DNA from: Nitrospirota bacterium
GTDB lineage: Bacteria > Nitrospirota > JACRHJ01
Direction: 5' to 3'
NCBI GenBank assembly: GCA_021784575.1
Contig: JAJYHX010000001.1
Coordinates: 23,280-87,279, forward strand
DNA length: 64,000 bases
Below the pieces are notes generated by a model. That model was not told the origin of the DNA. It was given only the letters and a program-made list of their open reading frames with translations, and did no database searches. This document shows, one piece after another, positions 9,713-20,890 of this stretch. Position 1 is the first letter of the stretch. Each line of letters starts with the position of its first letter. A program made the translations under genes and the position numbers.

Positions 9713-10582
9713 TTAAAGCCTCACCGGCACGCCGCGTTCTTTCAGGTATTCTTTCGCCTCTTTAATGGTATATTCCTTGTAATGGAATATGGAGGCCGCG
9801 AGAGCCGCGTCGGCGCGTCCTTCTGTCAGGCCCTCGTAGATATGATCAAGGTTGCCCACGCCGCCGGATGCGATTACGGGTATGCTCACCGCGTCGGATA
9901 CCGCGCGAGTGAGCTCTATGTCGTAGCCCGTCTTCTGGCCGTCCTGGTCCATCGATGTAAGGAGTATCTCGCCCGCGCCGAGCTCTTCCATCTTTACCGC
10001 CCATGCGACGGCGTCGATATACTTCGGCTGCCTCCCGCCGTGCGTGAAGACCTCCCAGTGCAGACCGTTTTTGTCAACGCCCTGGAAAAACAGGCTGCGG
10101 AATTCGTCGTCTTGTACCCAGGGAAGCTTTTCGCTTACCTCCGTAATCTGTCTTGCGCGCCCGGCGTCGGGCACGGGGACTGTCCTCTTCGCGTCGATTG
10201 CGACGACTATGCACTGGCTTCCAAACCGCTCCGCCGCGGCCTTTATGAAGCGCGGATCATATACCGCGGAGGTGTTTATCGATACCTTATCGCACCCGGC
10301 CTTCAGGAGCGCCCTTATGTCGTCGATGCTTTTTATCCCGCCGCCGACGGTAAGCGGCATAAAGACCTGTTCCGACGTCCTTTTCACGACATCGATGATT
10401 ATACCGCGCTTCTCGTGCGAGGCGGTTATGTCGAGAAAGGTAAGTTCATCCGCGCCTTGAGCGTCGTACGCCTTGGCTATCTCGACGGGGTCGCCGGCGT
10501 CCCGCAGGTTGACGAAGCTCACGCCTTTTACAACGCGCCCGTCTTTTACGTCCAGGCATGGGATTATTCTTCTTGCAAGCAT
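9713..10582 (-). CDS. hisF: Imidazole glycerol phosphate synthase cyclase subunit.
   Basis: '[15 protein letters not shown]', 'LTVGGGI', 'VIASGGVG'. The protein is 289 aa and carries an extra ~30-aa segment near '[31 protein letters not shown]'. Confidence 0.9.
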   Translation of the reverse strand: MLARRIIPCLDVKDGRVVKGVSFVNLRDAGDPVEIAKAYDAQGADELTFLDITASHEKRGIIIDVVKRTSEQVFMPLTVGGGIKSIDDIRALLKAGCDKVSINTSAVYDPRFIKAAAERFGSQCIVVAIDAKRTVPVPDAGRARQITEVSEKLPWVQDDEFRSLFFQGVDKNGLHWEVFTHGGRQPKYIDAVAWAVKMEELGAGEILLTSMDQDGQKTGYDIELTRAVSDAVSIPVIASGGVGNLDHIYEGLTEGRADAALAASIFHYKEYTIKEAKEYLKERGVPVRL

Positions 10583-10605
10583 AAAACTGTCCCGCTTTTC
10601 TTTGC

Positions 10606-10637
10606 GTTACTTTCTTTTCGCGTGAAAAGAAAGTAAC
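10606..10637. repeat. Palindromic hairpin repeat (same family), between hisF and hisA.
   Basis: GTTACTTTCTTTTC-gcgt-GAAAAGAAAGTAAC, a perfect 14-bp stem. Confidence 0.8.
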
Positions 10638-10640
10638 GGT

Positions 10641-11366
10641 TTAGCTTCTCGTTATTTCTATAGCTTTTTTCAGATCCAGCGCGCCGGAGTATACCGCCTT
10701 GCCGGTTATTACGCCTTCCACTCCGAGTTTTTCTATCTCCATCAGGGCCTTTATGTCGCTTAAATCCTTGACGCCGCCGGAGGCGATAATAGGGGTTTTG
10801 ACCAGATCCGCGAGGTGTTTCGTTGCGGCGACGTTATGGCCTTTCATCATCCCGTCGCGGCTTATGTCCGTGTAGATAATCGCCCGCACGCACGCGTCCT
10901 CCATGCGTCTTGCCAGCTCGTCCGCCGTAACGTCCGATACCTCTCCCCAGCCGCGCACGGCAACCCTGCCGTCTCTGGCGTCTATGCCGGCAATTATCCT
11001 GCCCGGATATTTCTTGCAGGCCAGCATAAGAAGACCCGGCACCTCCAGCGCGGCCGTGCCCAATACCACGCGGCTCACACCAAGCCCAAGGAGGAAGTCT
11101 ATGGTGTCCATGTTTCGGATTCCGCCGCCGACCTCAACAGGAATCTTTACGGCGGATAAAATATCCTTTATGGACGAGAGGTTCTTTTGTCTGCCCGCAA
11201 ACGCGCCTTCAAGGTCAACAACGTGTATAAGCTCCGCCCCCAGGGACTCGAAATGCGCCGCCGTCCCCATAGGGTCCTCCGAATATACGGTCGCGTCCTC
11301 CATCCGTCCCTGGAGGAGCCTGACGCATCTGCCCTCCTTCAAATCTATCGCGGGTATTACTATCAT
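10641..11366 (-). CDS. hisA: ProFAR isomerase.
   Basis: 'MIVIPAIDLKEGRCVRL', 'EVGGGIR', 'IASGGV'. Confidence 0.9.
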   Translation of the reverse strand: MIVIPAIDLKEGRCVRLLQGRMEDATVYSEDPMGTAAHFESLGAELIHVVDLEGAFAGRQKNLSSIKDILSAVKIPVEVGGGIRNMDTIDFLLGLGVSRVVLGTAALEVPGLLMLACKKYPGRIIAGIDARDGRVAVRGWGEVSDVTADELARRMEDACVRAIIYTDISRDGMMKGHNVAATKHLADLVKTPIIASGGVKDLSDIKALMEIEKLGVEGVITGKAVYSGALDLKKAIEITRS

Positions 11367-11989
11367 TCTATTTCTCCGAATGCCTTCAGTATTTTTAGTC
11401 CCTGCTCCTGGCTCTTTTCAGGATGGAACTGCGCGGCGAAAATATTGTCCTTCCAGACGCTGGAGACAAATTCCAGGCCGTACTCCGTCGTCGTAGCCGC
11501 AATAGAGCCGTCCTGCGGGACGACATAATACGAATGGACGAAGTAAAAAAATCCGCCGTCTTCCACGCCCTTCAGGTGCGGCGGGCGGTTCCTGATTTTT
11601 ATCCTGTTCCAGCCCATATGCGGTATTTTATATATCTGTTCATTGTTTCCGGGAAGTTCCGCGGGGAAGCGCACAACCCGGCCCTTTAATATCCCCAGGC
11701 CCTTGTGTACGCCGAATTCCTCGCCCTCCTCGAAGAGAAGCTGAAGCCCCAGGCATATGCCCATGAACGGTCTGCCGGAGGCGATTACCTTCCTTACCGT
11801 ATCGGCGAGGCCGAGCCTGTCCAGGTTGTTCATGCAGTCCGCGAATGCGCCGACGCCGGGCAGGACTACCTTGTCCGCGTCCAGTATCTTTTGTCTGTCG
11901 GACGTTACCCCCGCCTTGTGCCCGACCTTCTCGAAACCTTTCTGCACACTGCGGAGGTTGCCCATCCCGTAATCGATTATTGCAATCAT
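11363..11989 (-). CDS. hisH: Imidazole glycerol phosphate synthase glutamine amidotransferase subunit.
   Basis: 'MIAIIDYGMGNLRSV', 'LPGVGAF', 'GICLGLQLL', '..HSY'. Start set at the internal ATG at 11989. Confidence 0.9.
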   Translation of the reverse strand: MIAIIDYGMGNLRSVQKGFEKVGHKAGVTSDRQKILDADKVVLPGVGAFADCMNNLDRLGLADTVRKVIASGRPFMGICLGLQLLFEEGEEFGVHKGLGILKGRVVRFPAELPGNNEQIYKIPHMGWNRIKIRNRPPHLKGVEDGGFFYFVHSYYVVPQDGSIAATTTEYGLEFVSSVWKDNIFAAQFHPEKSQEQGLKILKAFGEIE

Positions 11990-11999
11990 TTTGACCCGC

Positions 12000-12611
12000 C
12001 TACAGCTTCCCCTTTGTGGACGGTATGCCCCTGGTCCTTGCGTCAAGGACTGTTGCGTTATCCATCGCCCTGCCGAAGGATTTAAAAATCGCCTCTATGA
12101 TATGGTGCAGATTGATGCCGTACGGGACGTTTATGTGAATCGTTGTCCCGGCATGGTCGGAGAGCGCCTTGAAGAAATCGTATACAAGCTCCACGTCGAA
12201 ATCCCCTACCTTGCCCTTCGGGAGCTTGACGTTATACACCAATCCCGGCCTTCCGGAAATATCCACCACCATCTCCGCGAGCGCCTCGTCCATCGGCACC
12301 TTTGCAAAGCCATACCGCGCCATGCCCTTCATGTCCCCCAGCGCCTGCCGGAACGCGCCTCCCAGGACAATCCCCACGTCCTCGACCGTGTGGTGATAGT
12401 CCACATGCGTGTCGCCCCTGGCCTGCAACGTAAGGTCGAAATGCCCGTGCCGCGCCATGAGCGAGAGCATGTGGTCGAGGAACGGGACGGAGGAATCGAT
12501 TTTATATTTCCCCGCACCGTCCAGATTAAGCGAGAGCTTTATATCGGTCTCGGTCGTCTTTCTCTCAACCTTTGCCCTGCGGGCCATAAAAACCTCCTTA
12601 AGGCGGGACAA
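12000..12611 (-). CDS. hisB: Imidazoleglycerol-phosphate dehydratase.
   Basis: 'RKTTETDI', 'FLDHML', '[16 protein letters not shown]', 'HHIIEA'. Confidence 0.9.
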   Translation of the reverse strand: MSRLKEVFMARRAKVERKTTETDIKLSLNLDGAGKYKIDSSVPFLDHMLSLMARHGHFDLTLQARGDTHVDYHHTVEDVGIVLGGAFRQALGDMKGMARYGFAKVPMDEALAEMVVDISGRPGLVYNVKLPKGKVGDFDVELVYDFFKALSDHAGTTIHINVPYGINLHHIIEAIFKSFGRAMDNATVLDARTRGIPSTKGKL

Positions 12612-12619
12612 AATATCAG

Positions 12620-13687
12620 CTATTTTTCCAATAAAAGCTCTTTTAAGTTAGCCAAAAAATCTTCGTTTTCCGGCGGCGTGCCGATAGTCACCCTCAGGCA
12701 GTCCTTCATCGGCCCCGGCGAGTCCATGTTTCGCACCAGTATTCCGCGCGCCTTCAGTTCCTTGTGGATTTTGCCCGCGCCTCTTACGCGGAAAAGGATG
12801 AAGTTCGTCTTCGACGGCCATGCGGCAATGCCGTCCATGCCGCTTAATATTTCGTACATCCGCTCGCGCTCGGCAGTTATTTTTGATACCTGTTCGCTTA
12901 CCGCCGCACGGTTTTTCAGCAGATACTCCGCCGCAGCCTGGGAGAGAGCGTTTATGTTGTACGGCAGGCGGACCTTGTTTACCTCGCGGACGATGTCCCT
13001 GCCAGCCGCCATAACACCGAGGCGAAGGCCGGCCATGCCTATCTTTGAGAGAGTCCTTAGCACTGCGAGGTTCGGGAGTTCGTTTATTTTGTCAATGAAG
13101 CTCTCTCCGGAGAAGCTGAAATACGCCTCGTCCACAACGACGATGGAAAAGCAACCCTCGATAAGGCGCCGTATCCTGTCGGGGTCGAAGAGGTTCCCCG
13201 TCGGGTTATTGGGGTAGCTGATGAATATGACCTTCGGGCGGCGCACCGAGAAGAGCCTCAGCCAGCCGTCGAAATTAATCTGGAAATCAGCCGTGAGGGG
13301 AAGCTCCATGACCTCCTGCCCCATCGAGCGGGCGACGATGCCATACATGGAGAATGTCGGGGTCGGGTATGAAATTATTCCCGGCGAGCCTCCGAATGCC
13401 TGGATTATCATCCCTATAAGCTCGTCGGAGCCGTTCCCCAGGACGAGGTTCTCCGCGCCGACGCCGAGGTATTCCGAAAGAACGCCTTTCAGGCGCATCG
13501 CCTCCGGGTCGGGATAGCGGTTCAGGGAAACTTCCGCCAGTGCGCCTGCGAGCCCTGCCCTCAGCCCTTCGGGGAGCGGATACGGGTTCTCCATCGCGTC
13601 GAGCTTTATGCGCACGCCGTCGTAGTCCTCCGGCTCGTACGCCGAAAGCGATACCACTTCTCTTCTTACGAGGGGCTTGATGTCCAA
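12620..13687 (-). CDS. hisC: Histidinol-phosphate aminotransferase.
   Basis: '[13 protein letters not shown]', 'YPNNPTGN', '[15 protein letters not shown]'. The track ORF carries a 66-aa extension that overlaps hisG. The likely start is the TTG at 13687, directly after the hisG stop. Confidence 0.85.
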   Translation of the reverse strand: MDIKPLVRREVVSLSAYEPEDYDGVRIKLDAMENPYPLPEGLRAGLAGALAEVSLNRYPDPEAMRLKGVLSEYLGVGAENLVLGNGSDELIGMIIQAFGGSPGIISYPTPTFSMYGIVARSMGQEVMELPLTADFQINFDGWLRLFSVRRPKVIFISYPNNPTGNLFDPDRIRRLIEGCFSIVVVDEAYFSFSGESFIDKINELPNLAVLRTLSKIGMAGLRLGVMAAGRDIVREVNKVRLPYNINALSQAAAEYLLKNRAAVSEQVSKITAERERMYEILSGMDGIAAWPSKTNFILFRVRGAGKIHKELKARGILVRNMDSPGPMKDCLRVTIGTPPENEDFLANLKELLLEK

Positions 13688-13689
13688 GT

Positions 13690-14562
13690 TTACGGTATCA
13701 CCTTGTTCAGAGGATATTCGACTATCCCGGAAGCGCCGGCGCGCTTGAGTTCCGGGATAAGGTCGCGCACCTTCTTCTCGTCGATTATCACTTCGAGGCT
13801 CACCCAGTCCGGGTCGGCGTGGCGGGAGATGGTCGGCGAGTGCATCGCGGGCAGGACGGACGTTACCTTGTCCAGCTTCGCGCACGGGACATTCATCTTG
13901 AGGCCCACTTTTTCCTCCGCTGCGATTGCCCCCTGAAGGAGTATATTCAAGTTCTCAAGCTTCTTTCTCTTTCCCGGGTCCTTCCACGCCTCCCTGTTCG
14001 CAATCAGGCGCGTGGTGGAAGTCAGCATCACTTCGATTATGCGGAGCTTGTTCGCCCGAAGAGAGTTCCCGGTCTCGGTCAAGTCCACTATCGCGTCGGC
14101 GAGCCCGGCGCCGGGCTTTACCTCCGTCGCGCCCCAGGAAAACTCCACCTCCGCGTTTACGCCATGCTGCCTAAGGAACTTCTTCGTGTATCCCAGAAGC
14201 TCAGTCGCAATGCGCTTCCCGTTCAAGTCCTTTACGGCCTTTATTTTAGAGTCTTCCGGCACGGCTATTACCCAGCGCACGGGACGCAGGCCCTCCTTGG
14301 CGTAATTCAGCTCGGCAACTTCCACGACCTTCGCGCCCTGCTCCATTATCCAGTCGTATCCGGTAAGGCCGGCGTCGAGCACGCCGTCCTCGACATAACG
14401 CGGCACCTCCTGCGCGCGCACCATCATGCACTCTATCTCCGGGTCGTCTATGGAGGGGTAATACGAGCGGCTTCCGACGGTGATGTTGTAGCCGGCCTTT
14501 CGGAAGATTTTAAGGGTTGAGTCCTGCAAGCTGCCTTTGGGGATTCCAAGACGCAAAACCAT
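13690..14562 (-). CDS. hisG: ATP phosphoribosyltransferase (long form with C-terminal regulatory domain).
   Basis: '[10 protein letters not shown]', '[24 protein letters not shown]', plus a C-terminal regulatory domain. Start at ATG 14562 behind an AAAGGAG RBS. Confidence 0.9.
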   Translation of the reverse strand: MVLRLGIPKGSLQDSTLKIFRKAGYNITVGSRSYYPSIDDPEIECMMVRAQEVPRYVEDGVLDAGLTGYDWIMEQGAKVVEVAELNYAKEGLRPVRWVIAVPEDSKIKAVKDLNGKRIATELLGYTKKFLRQHGVNAEVEFSWGATEVKPGAGLADAIVDLTETGNSLRANKLRIIEVMLTSTTRLIANREAWKDPGKRKKLENLNILLQGAIAAEEKVGLKMNVPCAKLDKVTSVLPAMHSPTISRHADPDWVSLEVIIDEKKVRDLIPELKRAGASGIVEYPLNKVIP

Positions 14563-14607
14563 TTTGAAGAAAACTCCTTTCGTGTCCAATGCGTGGAATA
14601 ACGGCTT

Positions 14608-15903
14608 CTATTCGCGGCCCTGCATCCGTTTTTCCACCATTCTCGCGTGGGCGTCGAGACCTTCCATTTTTGCTATCCGGATGACCGCAGGTGCAAGCTC
14701 TTCAAGCGCTTCCTTCGTATACATCAGGAAGCTCGACTTCTTCACGAAGTCGTCCGTGGAAAGCGGCGAGAAAAATCTCGCCGTCCCGCCCGTGGGAAGG
14801 ACGTGGTTCGGCCCGGCGCAGTAATCCCCGACGGCCTCCGGCGTGAAGTGTCCCATGAATATCGCGCCCGCGTTTTTTATCTTCGGCAGAAGCTCCATCG
14901 GCCTGTCCACGGCAAGCTCCAGGTGCTCGGGCGCGATGCGGTTCGCTATGTCCGCCGCCTCGCCCAAGTCCCGCGCCAGTATAATCGCGCCGTAACTTTT
15001 AAGAGACTTTCCCGCAACCGCCCGGCGCGGGAGAACCGAGATCTGCGCCTTAAGCTCAGTCTCGACGTTCTTTGCCAGCTCCGGCGAGTCCGTAACAAGT
15101 ATTGCCGAAGCCATCTCGTCGTGTTCCGCCTGGGAGAGCAGGTCTGCCGCAATGAAGGCAGGGCTTGCGGTGTTGTCCGCAACCACCAGTATCTCGGAAG
15201 GCCCGGCCACCATGTCTATGTCAACAGCGCCGAAGACGAGCCTCTTTGCCGTGGCCACGTATATGTTGCCGGGGCCGACTATTTTATCGACCCTGGGGAT
15301 TGTCTTCGTGCCGTATGCCATTGCCGCGACGGCCTGCGCCCCGCCTATCTTGTATATCTCATCCACGCCCGCCATGTCCGCCGCCACGAGGACTCCGGGG
15401 CTTAGCTTCCCGACCGGAGCGGGCACGCACATCACGACCCTCGGCACTCCGGCTGCCTTCGCCGGGATTGCGTTCATAAGCACGGACGACGGGTATGACG
15501 CCTTGCCGCCGGGCACGTATATCCCGACGCATTCAAGCGGCATTACCCTCTGGCCCAGCATCGCGCCCGATTCTTCCTGCAGGAACCACGACTGGGTTTT
15601 CTGACGTTCGTGGAAGTCGGAAATCCGCCGTGCCGCAAGACGGAGCGCGTCCACGTCCTCCTCCGGCGTTTCCCTGTATGCCCGCTCTATCTCCTTTTCC
15701 GTCACCCGGAATCTTTTCGGAATTAATTTTACGCCGTCGAATTTTTCTGTGTAGGAAACGAGCGCGGCGTCTCCCGTCTTCCGGACATCTTCGATTATTC
15801 TACGGACGGTCTTCTCGACCGACGCGGGGACTTCGCCCGCCCGGCCTTCAATCTTCCTGAAGAATTTCTCGAACCCCGGCTGCCCGAACTTAAGAAAATT
15901 CAT
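14608..15903 (-). CDS. hisD: Histidinol dehydrogenase.
   Basis: 'GGAQAVAAMAYGT', 'VDKIVGPGNIYVATAK', 'AGPSEILV', 'LSQAEHD'. Confidence 0.9.
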   Translation of the reverse strand: MNFLKFGQPGFEKFFRKIEGRAGEVPASVEKTVRRIIEDVRKTGDAALVSYTEKFDGVKLIPKRFRVTEKEIERAYRETPEEDVDALRLAARRISDFHERQKTQSWFLQEESGAMLGQRVMPLECVGIYVPGGKASYPSSVLMNAIPAKAAGVPRVVMCVPAPVGKLSPGVLVAADMAGVDEIYKIGGAQAVAAMAYGTKTIPRVDKIVGPGNIYVATAKRLVFGAVDIDMVAGPSEILVVADNTASPAFIAADLLSQAEHDEMASAILVTDSPELAKNVETELKAQISVLPRRAVAGKSLKSYGAIILARDLGEAADIANRIAPEHLELAVDRPMELLPKIKNAGAIFMGHFTPEAVGDYCAGPNHVLPTGGTARFFSPLSTDDFVKKSSFLMYTKEALEELAPAVIRIAKMEGLDAHARMVEKRMQGRE

Positions 15904-15993
15904 GAAACCTCGAAGAGAAAAGTCCCTGGATTCCCGCTTTCGCGGGAATAACGGCTTTAAACCTTTACCCGTTTCAAATTAACAGGCTGTCTT

Positions 15994-17244
15994 TCATCCG
16001 ACTCTTTTTATGCGCGCCCCGATGCCCCGGAGCTTCTCTTCCATTCTCTCGTAGCCGCGGTCAAGGTGATATACGCGGGAAATCTCGGAGCTTCCCTTTG
16101 CCGCCAGCGCCGCGATAACAAGCGACGCGCTCGCCCGCAGGTCCGTCGCCATCACCGGCGCGCCGAAAATGTTCTCCGCCCCCTGCACGACCGCCGCGTT
16201 CCCCTGCACCTTTATGTCCGCGCCCATCCTCTTCAGCTCCGCAATGTGCATGAACCGGTTCTCGAACACCGTCTCCGTAATCACGGAGAGGCCGTCCGCC
16301 ACGCACATGAGCGCCATGAACTGCGCCTGCATGTCCGTGGGGAAACCGGGGTACGGCAGGGTTTTTATGTCCACGGCGCGGGGCCTGTCGCAGCCCTTGA
16401 GCCTTATCCAGCCGGGGCCTTTCTCGATTTCGAAGCCGCATTCCCGGAGCTTCGTGAGCAATGCCGCCGAGTGCGCCGGCTCGCATCCGGTAATCCTCAC
16501 ATCTCCGCCGGTAATCGCGCCTGCGGCAAGGTATGTCCCGGTCTCTATCCTGTCCGGCATGACGGAATATTTCATGGGCCGAAGTTCGCTTACCCCTTCT
16601 ATCCTGACGGTGTCCGTGCCCGCGCCCGTTATCTTCGCGCCCATGCTCGACAGGCAGGCGGCAAGGTCGGTAACTTCCGGCTCGCAAGCCGCGTTTTCCA
16701 GCACCGTCCTGCCCTCCGCCAGCGTCGCGGCCATCATGAGGTTTTCGGTCCCGGTAACCGTCGGGGTGTCGAGATAAATCCTTGCGCCCTTCAGGCGTTT
16801 TGCCTTTGCCACGACATAGCCGTGTTCAATCTCGACTTCCGCGCCCATATCGCGCAGGCCGGCAAGATGCAGGTTTATCGGACGCGCGCCTATGGCGCAG
16901 CCGCCGGGAAGGGATACTCTGGCCGAGCCGAGCCGAGCCACGAGCGGCCCAAGCACAAGCACCGAGGCGCGCATGGTCTTCACAAGCTCGTACGGCGCTT
17001 CATCCTTTGCCAGGTTCTCCGTGTCGATATGGAAAACCCCGTCCGAGGACTGGACCCCGGCTCCAAGGTTCTCAAGGAGCCTGCCCATCGTTATGACGTC
17101 CTGCAACTCCGGCACGTTGCTTACGACATGTTCGCCCGGCGCCAGCAGGCTTGCGCAGAGTATCGGCAGCGCGGAATTTTTCGCGCCGCTTATCTTCACA
17201 TCGCCGCTTAAACGCTTGCCGCCTTCAATTACTATGGACTGCAT
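15994..17244 (-). CDS. murA: UDP-N-acetylglucosamine 1-carboxyvinyltransferase.
   Basis: '[10 protein letters not shown]', '[13 protein letters not shown]', and length. Confidence 0.9.
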   Translation of the reverse strand: MQSIVIEGGKRLSGDVKISGAKNSALPILCASLLAPGEHVVSNVPELQDVITMGRLLENLGAGVQSSDGVFHIDTENLAKDEAPYELVKTMRASVLVLGPLVARLGSARVSLPGGCAIGARPINLHLAGLRDMGAEVEIEHGYVVAKAKRLKGARIYLDTPTVTGTENLMMAATLAEGRTVLENAACEPEVTDLAACLSSMGAKITGAGTDTVRIEGVSELRPMKYSVMPDRIETGTYLAAGAITGGDVRITGCEPAHSAALLTKLRECGFEIEKGPGWIRLKGCDRPRAVDIKTLPYPGFPTDMQAQFMALMCVADGLSVITETVFENRFMHIAELKRMGADIKVQGNAAVVQGAENIFGAPVMATDLRASASLVIAALAAKGSSEISRVYHLDRGYERMEEKLRGIGARIKRVG

Positions 17245-17461
17245 GAAAACCTCGACAATCTAAAAATCGCATCAGAGCGAGCGGATATATGTATGAGCGA
17301 GCTGGAAATTCTTGGCGAAGCGAAGCGGCCATGGCAGAAACTGTCCGACGAACAAAGTGAGGAGTTTTTCTGCCATAACGGTGCAAGCCGTAGAACTTCC
17401 CGAGCGAATCCTCATGAAGCGAGCCTGGTGTGATTTTAGTTCACCAGATCCCTTGTCCCGG

Positions 17462-18346
17462 CTAATCCTTTACTGCTGATATTATGCGCTCGATGCCCGC
17501 AAAATCAAGGATAATTTTCTCAAATCCAAGGCCCGGCGCATCGTTTATCATCTCCCGGACGGCCCCGGCCTGGCCGAAGCCAATCTCAAGCATAAGCCTC
17601 CCGCCGGGCTTTAAATACGCAGGCGCCTCACGGATAAGCCGCCTTATCGCATCCAGGCCGTCCGGCCCTCCGTCCAGGGCGGTTTTCGGCTCGAAAAGCA
17701 CCTCCGGCTGAAGACCTTGCATGTCGTCCGTCGGGATATACGGCGGGTTGGAGATTACGAGAGCGAGCCTGCCGCCAAGGCCCCTGTCCGAAAGAGGCCG
17801 CAACATGTCCCCTTCCAGAAATTCCACGCTCCCCGCCGCGCCGTTTTGTTCCGCGTTTGCCGCCGCCGTCTGAAGCGCGGCCCCGGACATGTCCACCGCA
17901 TAAACAAACGCCCCCGGCGCCTCCAGCGCAAGCGTAACCGCAATACAGCCGGAGCCCGTCCCTATATCCGCCGCAAGGGGGGAATCAAGCCCCTTCAGGA
18001 AATCCGCCCCTTCTCGCGCGAGTATCTCCGTCTCCGGCCTCGGAACGAGCGTTGCCGGGTTTACCTTGAACATCCTGCCCGAAAACTCCTGCCGGCCCAG
18101 GATATATTGCAGGGGTTCCCGCGCCGCCCGGCGTTCCACGAAGCGGATAAACCGCCCCCTGGCCGCCTGTCCGGGCTCTTCCCGGAGCCTCATAAACACA
18201 CCGGAGCGGCTGGTTCCCAATGCCTCCGCCATGAGGATCTCGGCTTCAATTTGCGGGTTTTCAACGCCCGAAAGCGAGAGAACATCGCCCGCCAGGGCTG
18301 CAAGGGATGCGATTTCCACGCAATCGGAGAGGCGTTTTTCTACCAA
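17462..18346 (-). CDS. prmC: Release-factor glutamine N5-methyltransferase.
   Basis: '[11 protein letters not shown]' SAM motif and 'VISNPPYIP'. Confidence 0.85.
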   Translation of the reverse strand: MVEKRLSDCVEIASLAALAGDVLSLSGVENPQIEAEILMAEALGTSRSGVFMRLREEPGQAARGRFIRFVERRAAREPLQYILGRQEFSGRMFKVNPATLVPRPETEILAREGADFLKGLDSPLAADIGTGSGCIAVTLALEAPGAFVYAVDMSGAALQTAAANAEQNGAAGSVEFLEGDMLRPLSDRGLGGRLALVISNPPYIPTDDMQGLQPEVLFEPKTALDGGPDGLDAIRRLIREAPAYLKPGGRLMLEIGFGQAGAVREMINDAPGLGFEKIILDFAGIERIISAVKD

Positions 18347-19410
18347 GATTCCTTCAGCCTCTCGGCGTTGTAGTAAGTCGTCAGGGCGTCGATGACTTCG
18401 TCGAGGACGCCTTCCACTATCTGGTCCAGCTTGTAAAGCGTAAGGTTTATGCGGTGGTCCGTCAGCCGGTTCTGCGGGAAGTTATACGTCCTGATGCGCT
18501 CGCTCCTGTCGCCCGTTCCGACCTGTGATTTCCTGTCCTGGGCGCGCTCCGCGTCCTGCTCCTCGCGTATCCTCTCCGCGAGCCGCGCCTGGAGCACCTT
18601 CATGGCTTTGGCCTTGTTCTTGAGCTGGCTCCTCTCGTCCTGGCAGGAGACAACCAATCCCGTCGGCAGGTGTGTAATACGCACCGCTGAATAAGTTGTG
18701 TTCACGCACTGGCCGCCGGGGCCGCTCGCGCAGAAAATGTCAATCCTTAAGTCCTTCTGGTCTATATTTACTTCGGCCTCTTCGGCCTCGGGCAGTATGG
18801 CGACGGTCGCGGCCGAGGTATGTATCCTGCCGGAGGCCTCCGTTTCCGGGACGCGCTGGACCCTGTGGACGCCGCTTTCGTACTTCAGCCTGCTGTAAAC
18901 GGCCTTCCCGCTTATCATGGCTATTATTTCTTTTATGCCCCCGCCGCCGGTCACGCTGGAAGATATTACCTCCACTTTCCAGCGCCGTTTCTCGGCATAT
19001 TTAGAATACATGCGGAAGAGATCCGCCCCGAAGAGCGCGGCCTCGTCCCCGCCCGTTCCCGCCCTTATCTCAAGGAATATGTTTTTTTCGTCGTTAGGGT
19101 CCTTCGGGACAAGCAGGGACTTCATATCCTGCTCCAGGGCGGCCTTTTTCGCCTTCAAGCTCTCAAGCTCGGCCTGGGCAAGTTCTCTGAAGTCCGGGTC
19201 GGATTTCTTGTCGTTTATTATCTCTTCGGCCTCGGCTATTGCCTTCTCGACGTCCTGGTATTCGCGGTATTTCTCGACCACCGGGGACAGTTCCGCCTGC
19301 TCCTTTGAATACTTCAGCATATCTGCCTGGTTCCCGTAGACGTTCGGGTCGGAGAGCAGTCTCTGGAGCTCGTCGTATTTTTCCACTACGGATTTTAACT
19401 TGCCAAACAA
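18340..19410 (-). CDS. prfA: Peptide chain release factor 1.
   Basis: '[22 protein letters not shown]' GGQ motif and the PxT-type decoding region. Confidence 0.95.
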   Translation of the reverse strand: MFGKLKSVVEKYDELQRLLSDPNVYGNQADMLKYSKEQAELSPVVEKYREYQDVEKAIAEAEEIINDKKSDPDFRELAQAELESLKAKKAALEQDMKSLLVPKDPNDEKNIFLEIRAGTGGDEAALFGADLFRMYSKYAEKRRWKVEVISSSVTGGGGIKEIIAMISGKAVYSRLKYESGVHRVQRVPETEASGRIHTSAATVAILPEAEEAEVNIDQKDLRIDIFCASGPGGQCVNTTYSAVRITHLPTGLVVSCQDERSQLKNKAKAMKVLQARLAERIREEQDAERAQDRKSQVGTGDRSERIRTYNFPQNRLTDHRINLTLYKLDQIVEGVLDEVIDALTTYYNAERLKESW

Positions 19411-20354
19411 TTTACGGCCTCCGTCCCTTTATCCTCTCCGTCCAGGGCCTCCGTCAAGGCCCTTAACGCGACCTCAAGCTGGTCGTCCGAAGGCTCCCTC
19501 GTGGTAAGTCTCTGCAACCAAAGCCCCGGCGCAACCATTATCTTCATAACCGCGTTATTCTTCCTCTTGGACGAAAACTTTATAAACTCGTACGAGAACC
19601 CGGCGATAAACGGTATAAGCACCACCCGTGATAGCGCCTTCATGTAAAACGGCGCGGACTTCGGCACAAACGAGAACACCAGGATGGAGAACACCATTAC
19701 AATAAGCAGAAAGCTCGTCCCGCAGCGCGGGTGCAGCGTCGAATACTTTCTGGCGTTATCGACCGTCAGGGCCTCGCCCGATTCATATGCGTATATCGCC
19801 TTGTGTTCCGCGCCGTGGTATTCGAATACGCGCCTTATGTCCTTCATCCGGGAGATCGCGAAAATGTAAAGCAGAAACAGCGCTATGCGTATTATTCCAT
19901 CGACCAGGTTGAACATCAAAGACGAGGACTGTGTAACCGGCATGACGTTCTTAAGCCCCTGGGTAATAAATAGCGGCAGGTAGAAAAACAGCGCAAGGCC
20001 AAGCCCAATCGAGAGCGTCATGGTGAGCCCAACCGCAAGGTCCGTCATTGGTTTACCGGTAGACCGGCCTCCCGACCCCTGCCCTCCGGCCCCCGACCCC
20101 TGCCCTTCCAAGGCGCAATTCGCTGAAAAATTAAGGGCTTTCAGGCCCAAGGCGAGGGAGGAAAACAGCGCTGCCGTTCCCCTAAGTATCGGCCATTTCA
20201 GGAATTTCCACTTATCGGCCATGAGCCGCAGGGGGTCTTTTTTAAGCAGAATCTCGCCCGAAGGCACTCTCACAGCCACGGTCATAGTCCGGGGCGCGCG
20301 CATCATCACGCCCTCGATTACCGCCTGCCCGCCGACACTGATTTGATTCTGCAT
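19395..20354 (-). CDS. DUF1385-domain membrane-associated protein.
   Basis: '[13 protein letters not shown]', '[13 protein letters not shown]'. The gene sits directly upstream of prfA, which is where DUF1385 genes are commonly found. Confidence 0.7.
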   Translation of the reverse strand: MQNQISVGGQAVIEGVMMRAPRTMTVAVRVPSGEILLKKDPLRLMADKWKFLKWPILRGTAALFSSLALGLKALNFSANCALEGQGSGAGGQGSGGRSTGKPMTDLAVGLTMTLSIGLGLALFFYLPLFITQGLKNVMPVTQSSSLMFNLVDGIIRIALFLLYIFAISRMKDIRRVFEYHGAEHKAIYAYESGEALTVDNARKYSTLHPRCGTSFLLIVMVFSILVFSFVPKSAPFYMKALSRVVLIPFIAGFSYEFIKFSSKRKNNAVMKIMVAPGLWLQRLTTREPSDDQLEVALRALTEALDGEDKGTEAVNCLAS

Positions 20355-20412
20355 AACACCTCTGTTTACCTCAACCCCTCGCCCTCCGGGAGAGGGGACG
20401 GGGGTGAGGGCT

Positions 20413-20452
20413 AAAAAAACAATAGGAAACCAGCGTATGCCGCGGGTTTCCT
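20413..20452 (-). terminator. Putative rho-independent terminator after rpmE.
   Basis: On the minus strand, an 8-bp stem (AGGAAACC / GGTTTCCT, 20424-20452) is followed by ATTGTTTTTTTAG. Confidence 0.4.
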
Positions 20453-20478
20453 ATCGTGTATTGCAAGACTGAGAGTAG

Positions 20479-20682
20479 CTAAGCCTTTTTCGCGTATTTT
20501 TTGTTGAACCGCTCGACCCGTCCCTCGGTGTCCATGAGCTTCTGCTTGCCCGTGAAGAACGGGTGGCAGGCGGAGCAGACCTCGACGGAGACGCTCTTCC
20601 TGGTGGAGCGGGTTTCCATCACGTTCCCGCATGCGCATTTTATCTTGACCGGCTCGTATTTCGGATGTATGCCTTCCTTCAT
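20479..20682 (-). CDS. rpmE: 50S ribosomal protein L31.
   Basis: 'MKEGIHPKY...CACG...[13 protein letters not shown]'. Confidence 0.9.
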   Translation of the reverse strand: MKEGIHPKYEPVKIKCACGNVMETRSTRKSVSVEVCSACHPFFTGKQKLMDTEGRVERFNKKYAKKA

Positions 20683-20890
20683 CTTTCCAATCTCCCTTTC
20701 GTTATTTTATCGATACTTATACCGAAGTTGCAATTATATCAGGGTTTCGGGGAATTTCAACTACTATTTTACTCTCAAGTGGCAGGCCAGTTTTCAGTTT
20801 AAAAACAAACGGTCTTTAATTAAGGGCGTAAAAGGAAAAATACGGCGGGTTCACTAAGGCAATATTAGATATTGTTACTTATCTATCTAA

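Noticed and set aside
11991-13217. 408-aa plus-strand ORF antisense to hisB and hisC.
   Set aside because: It lies entirely within well-supported minus-strand his genes, has no recognisable motifs, and is a typical high-GC antisense open frame.
16066-17211. 381-aa plus-strand and several 100-200-aa ORFs antisense to murA.
   Set aside because: They are Arg-rich nonsense frames opposite a confidently identified murA.
20683-20890. tRNA or integrase-associated att site at the border of the Vsr/HNH/MTase island.
   Set aside because: I could not find a cloverleaf-compatible sequence, a direct repeat or an integrase gene. The island appears to lack recognisable integration machinery.
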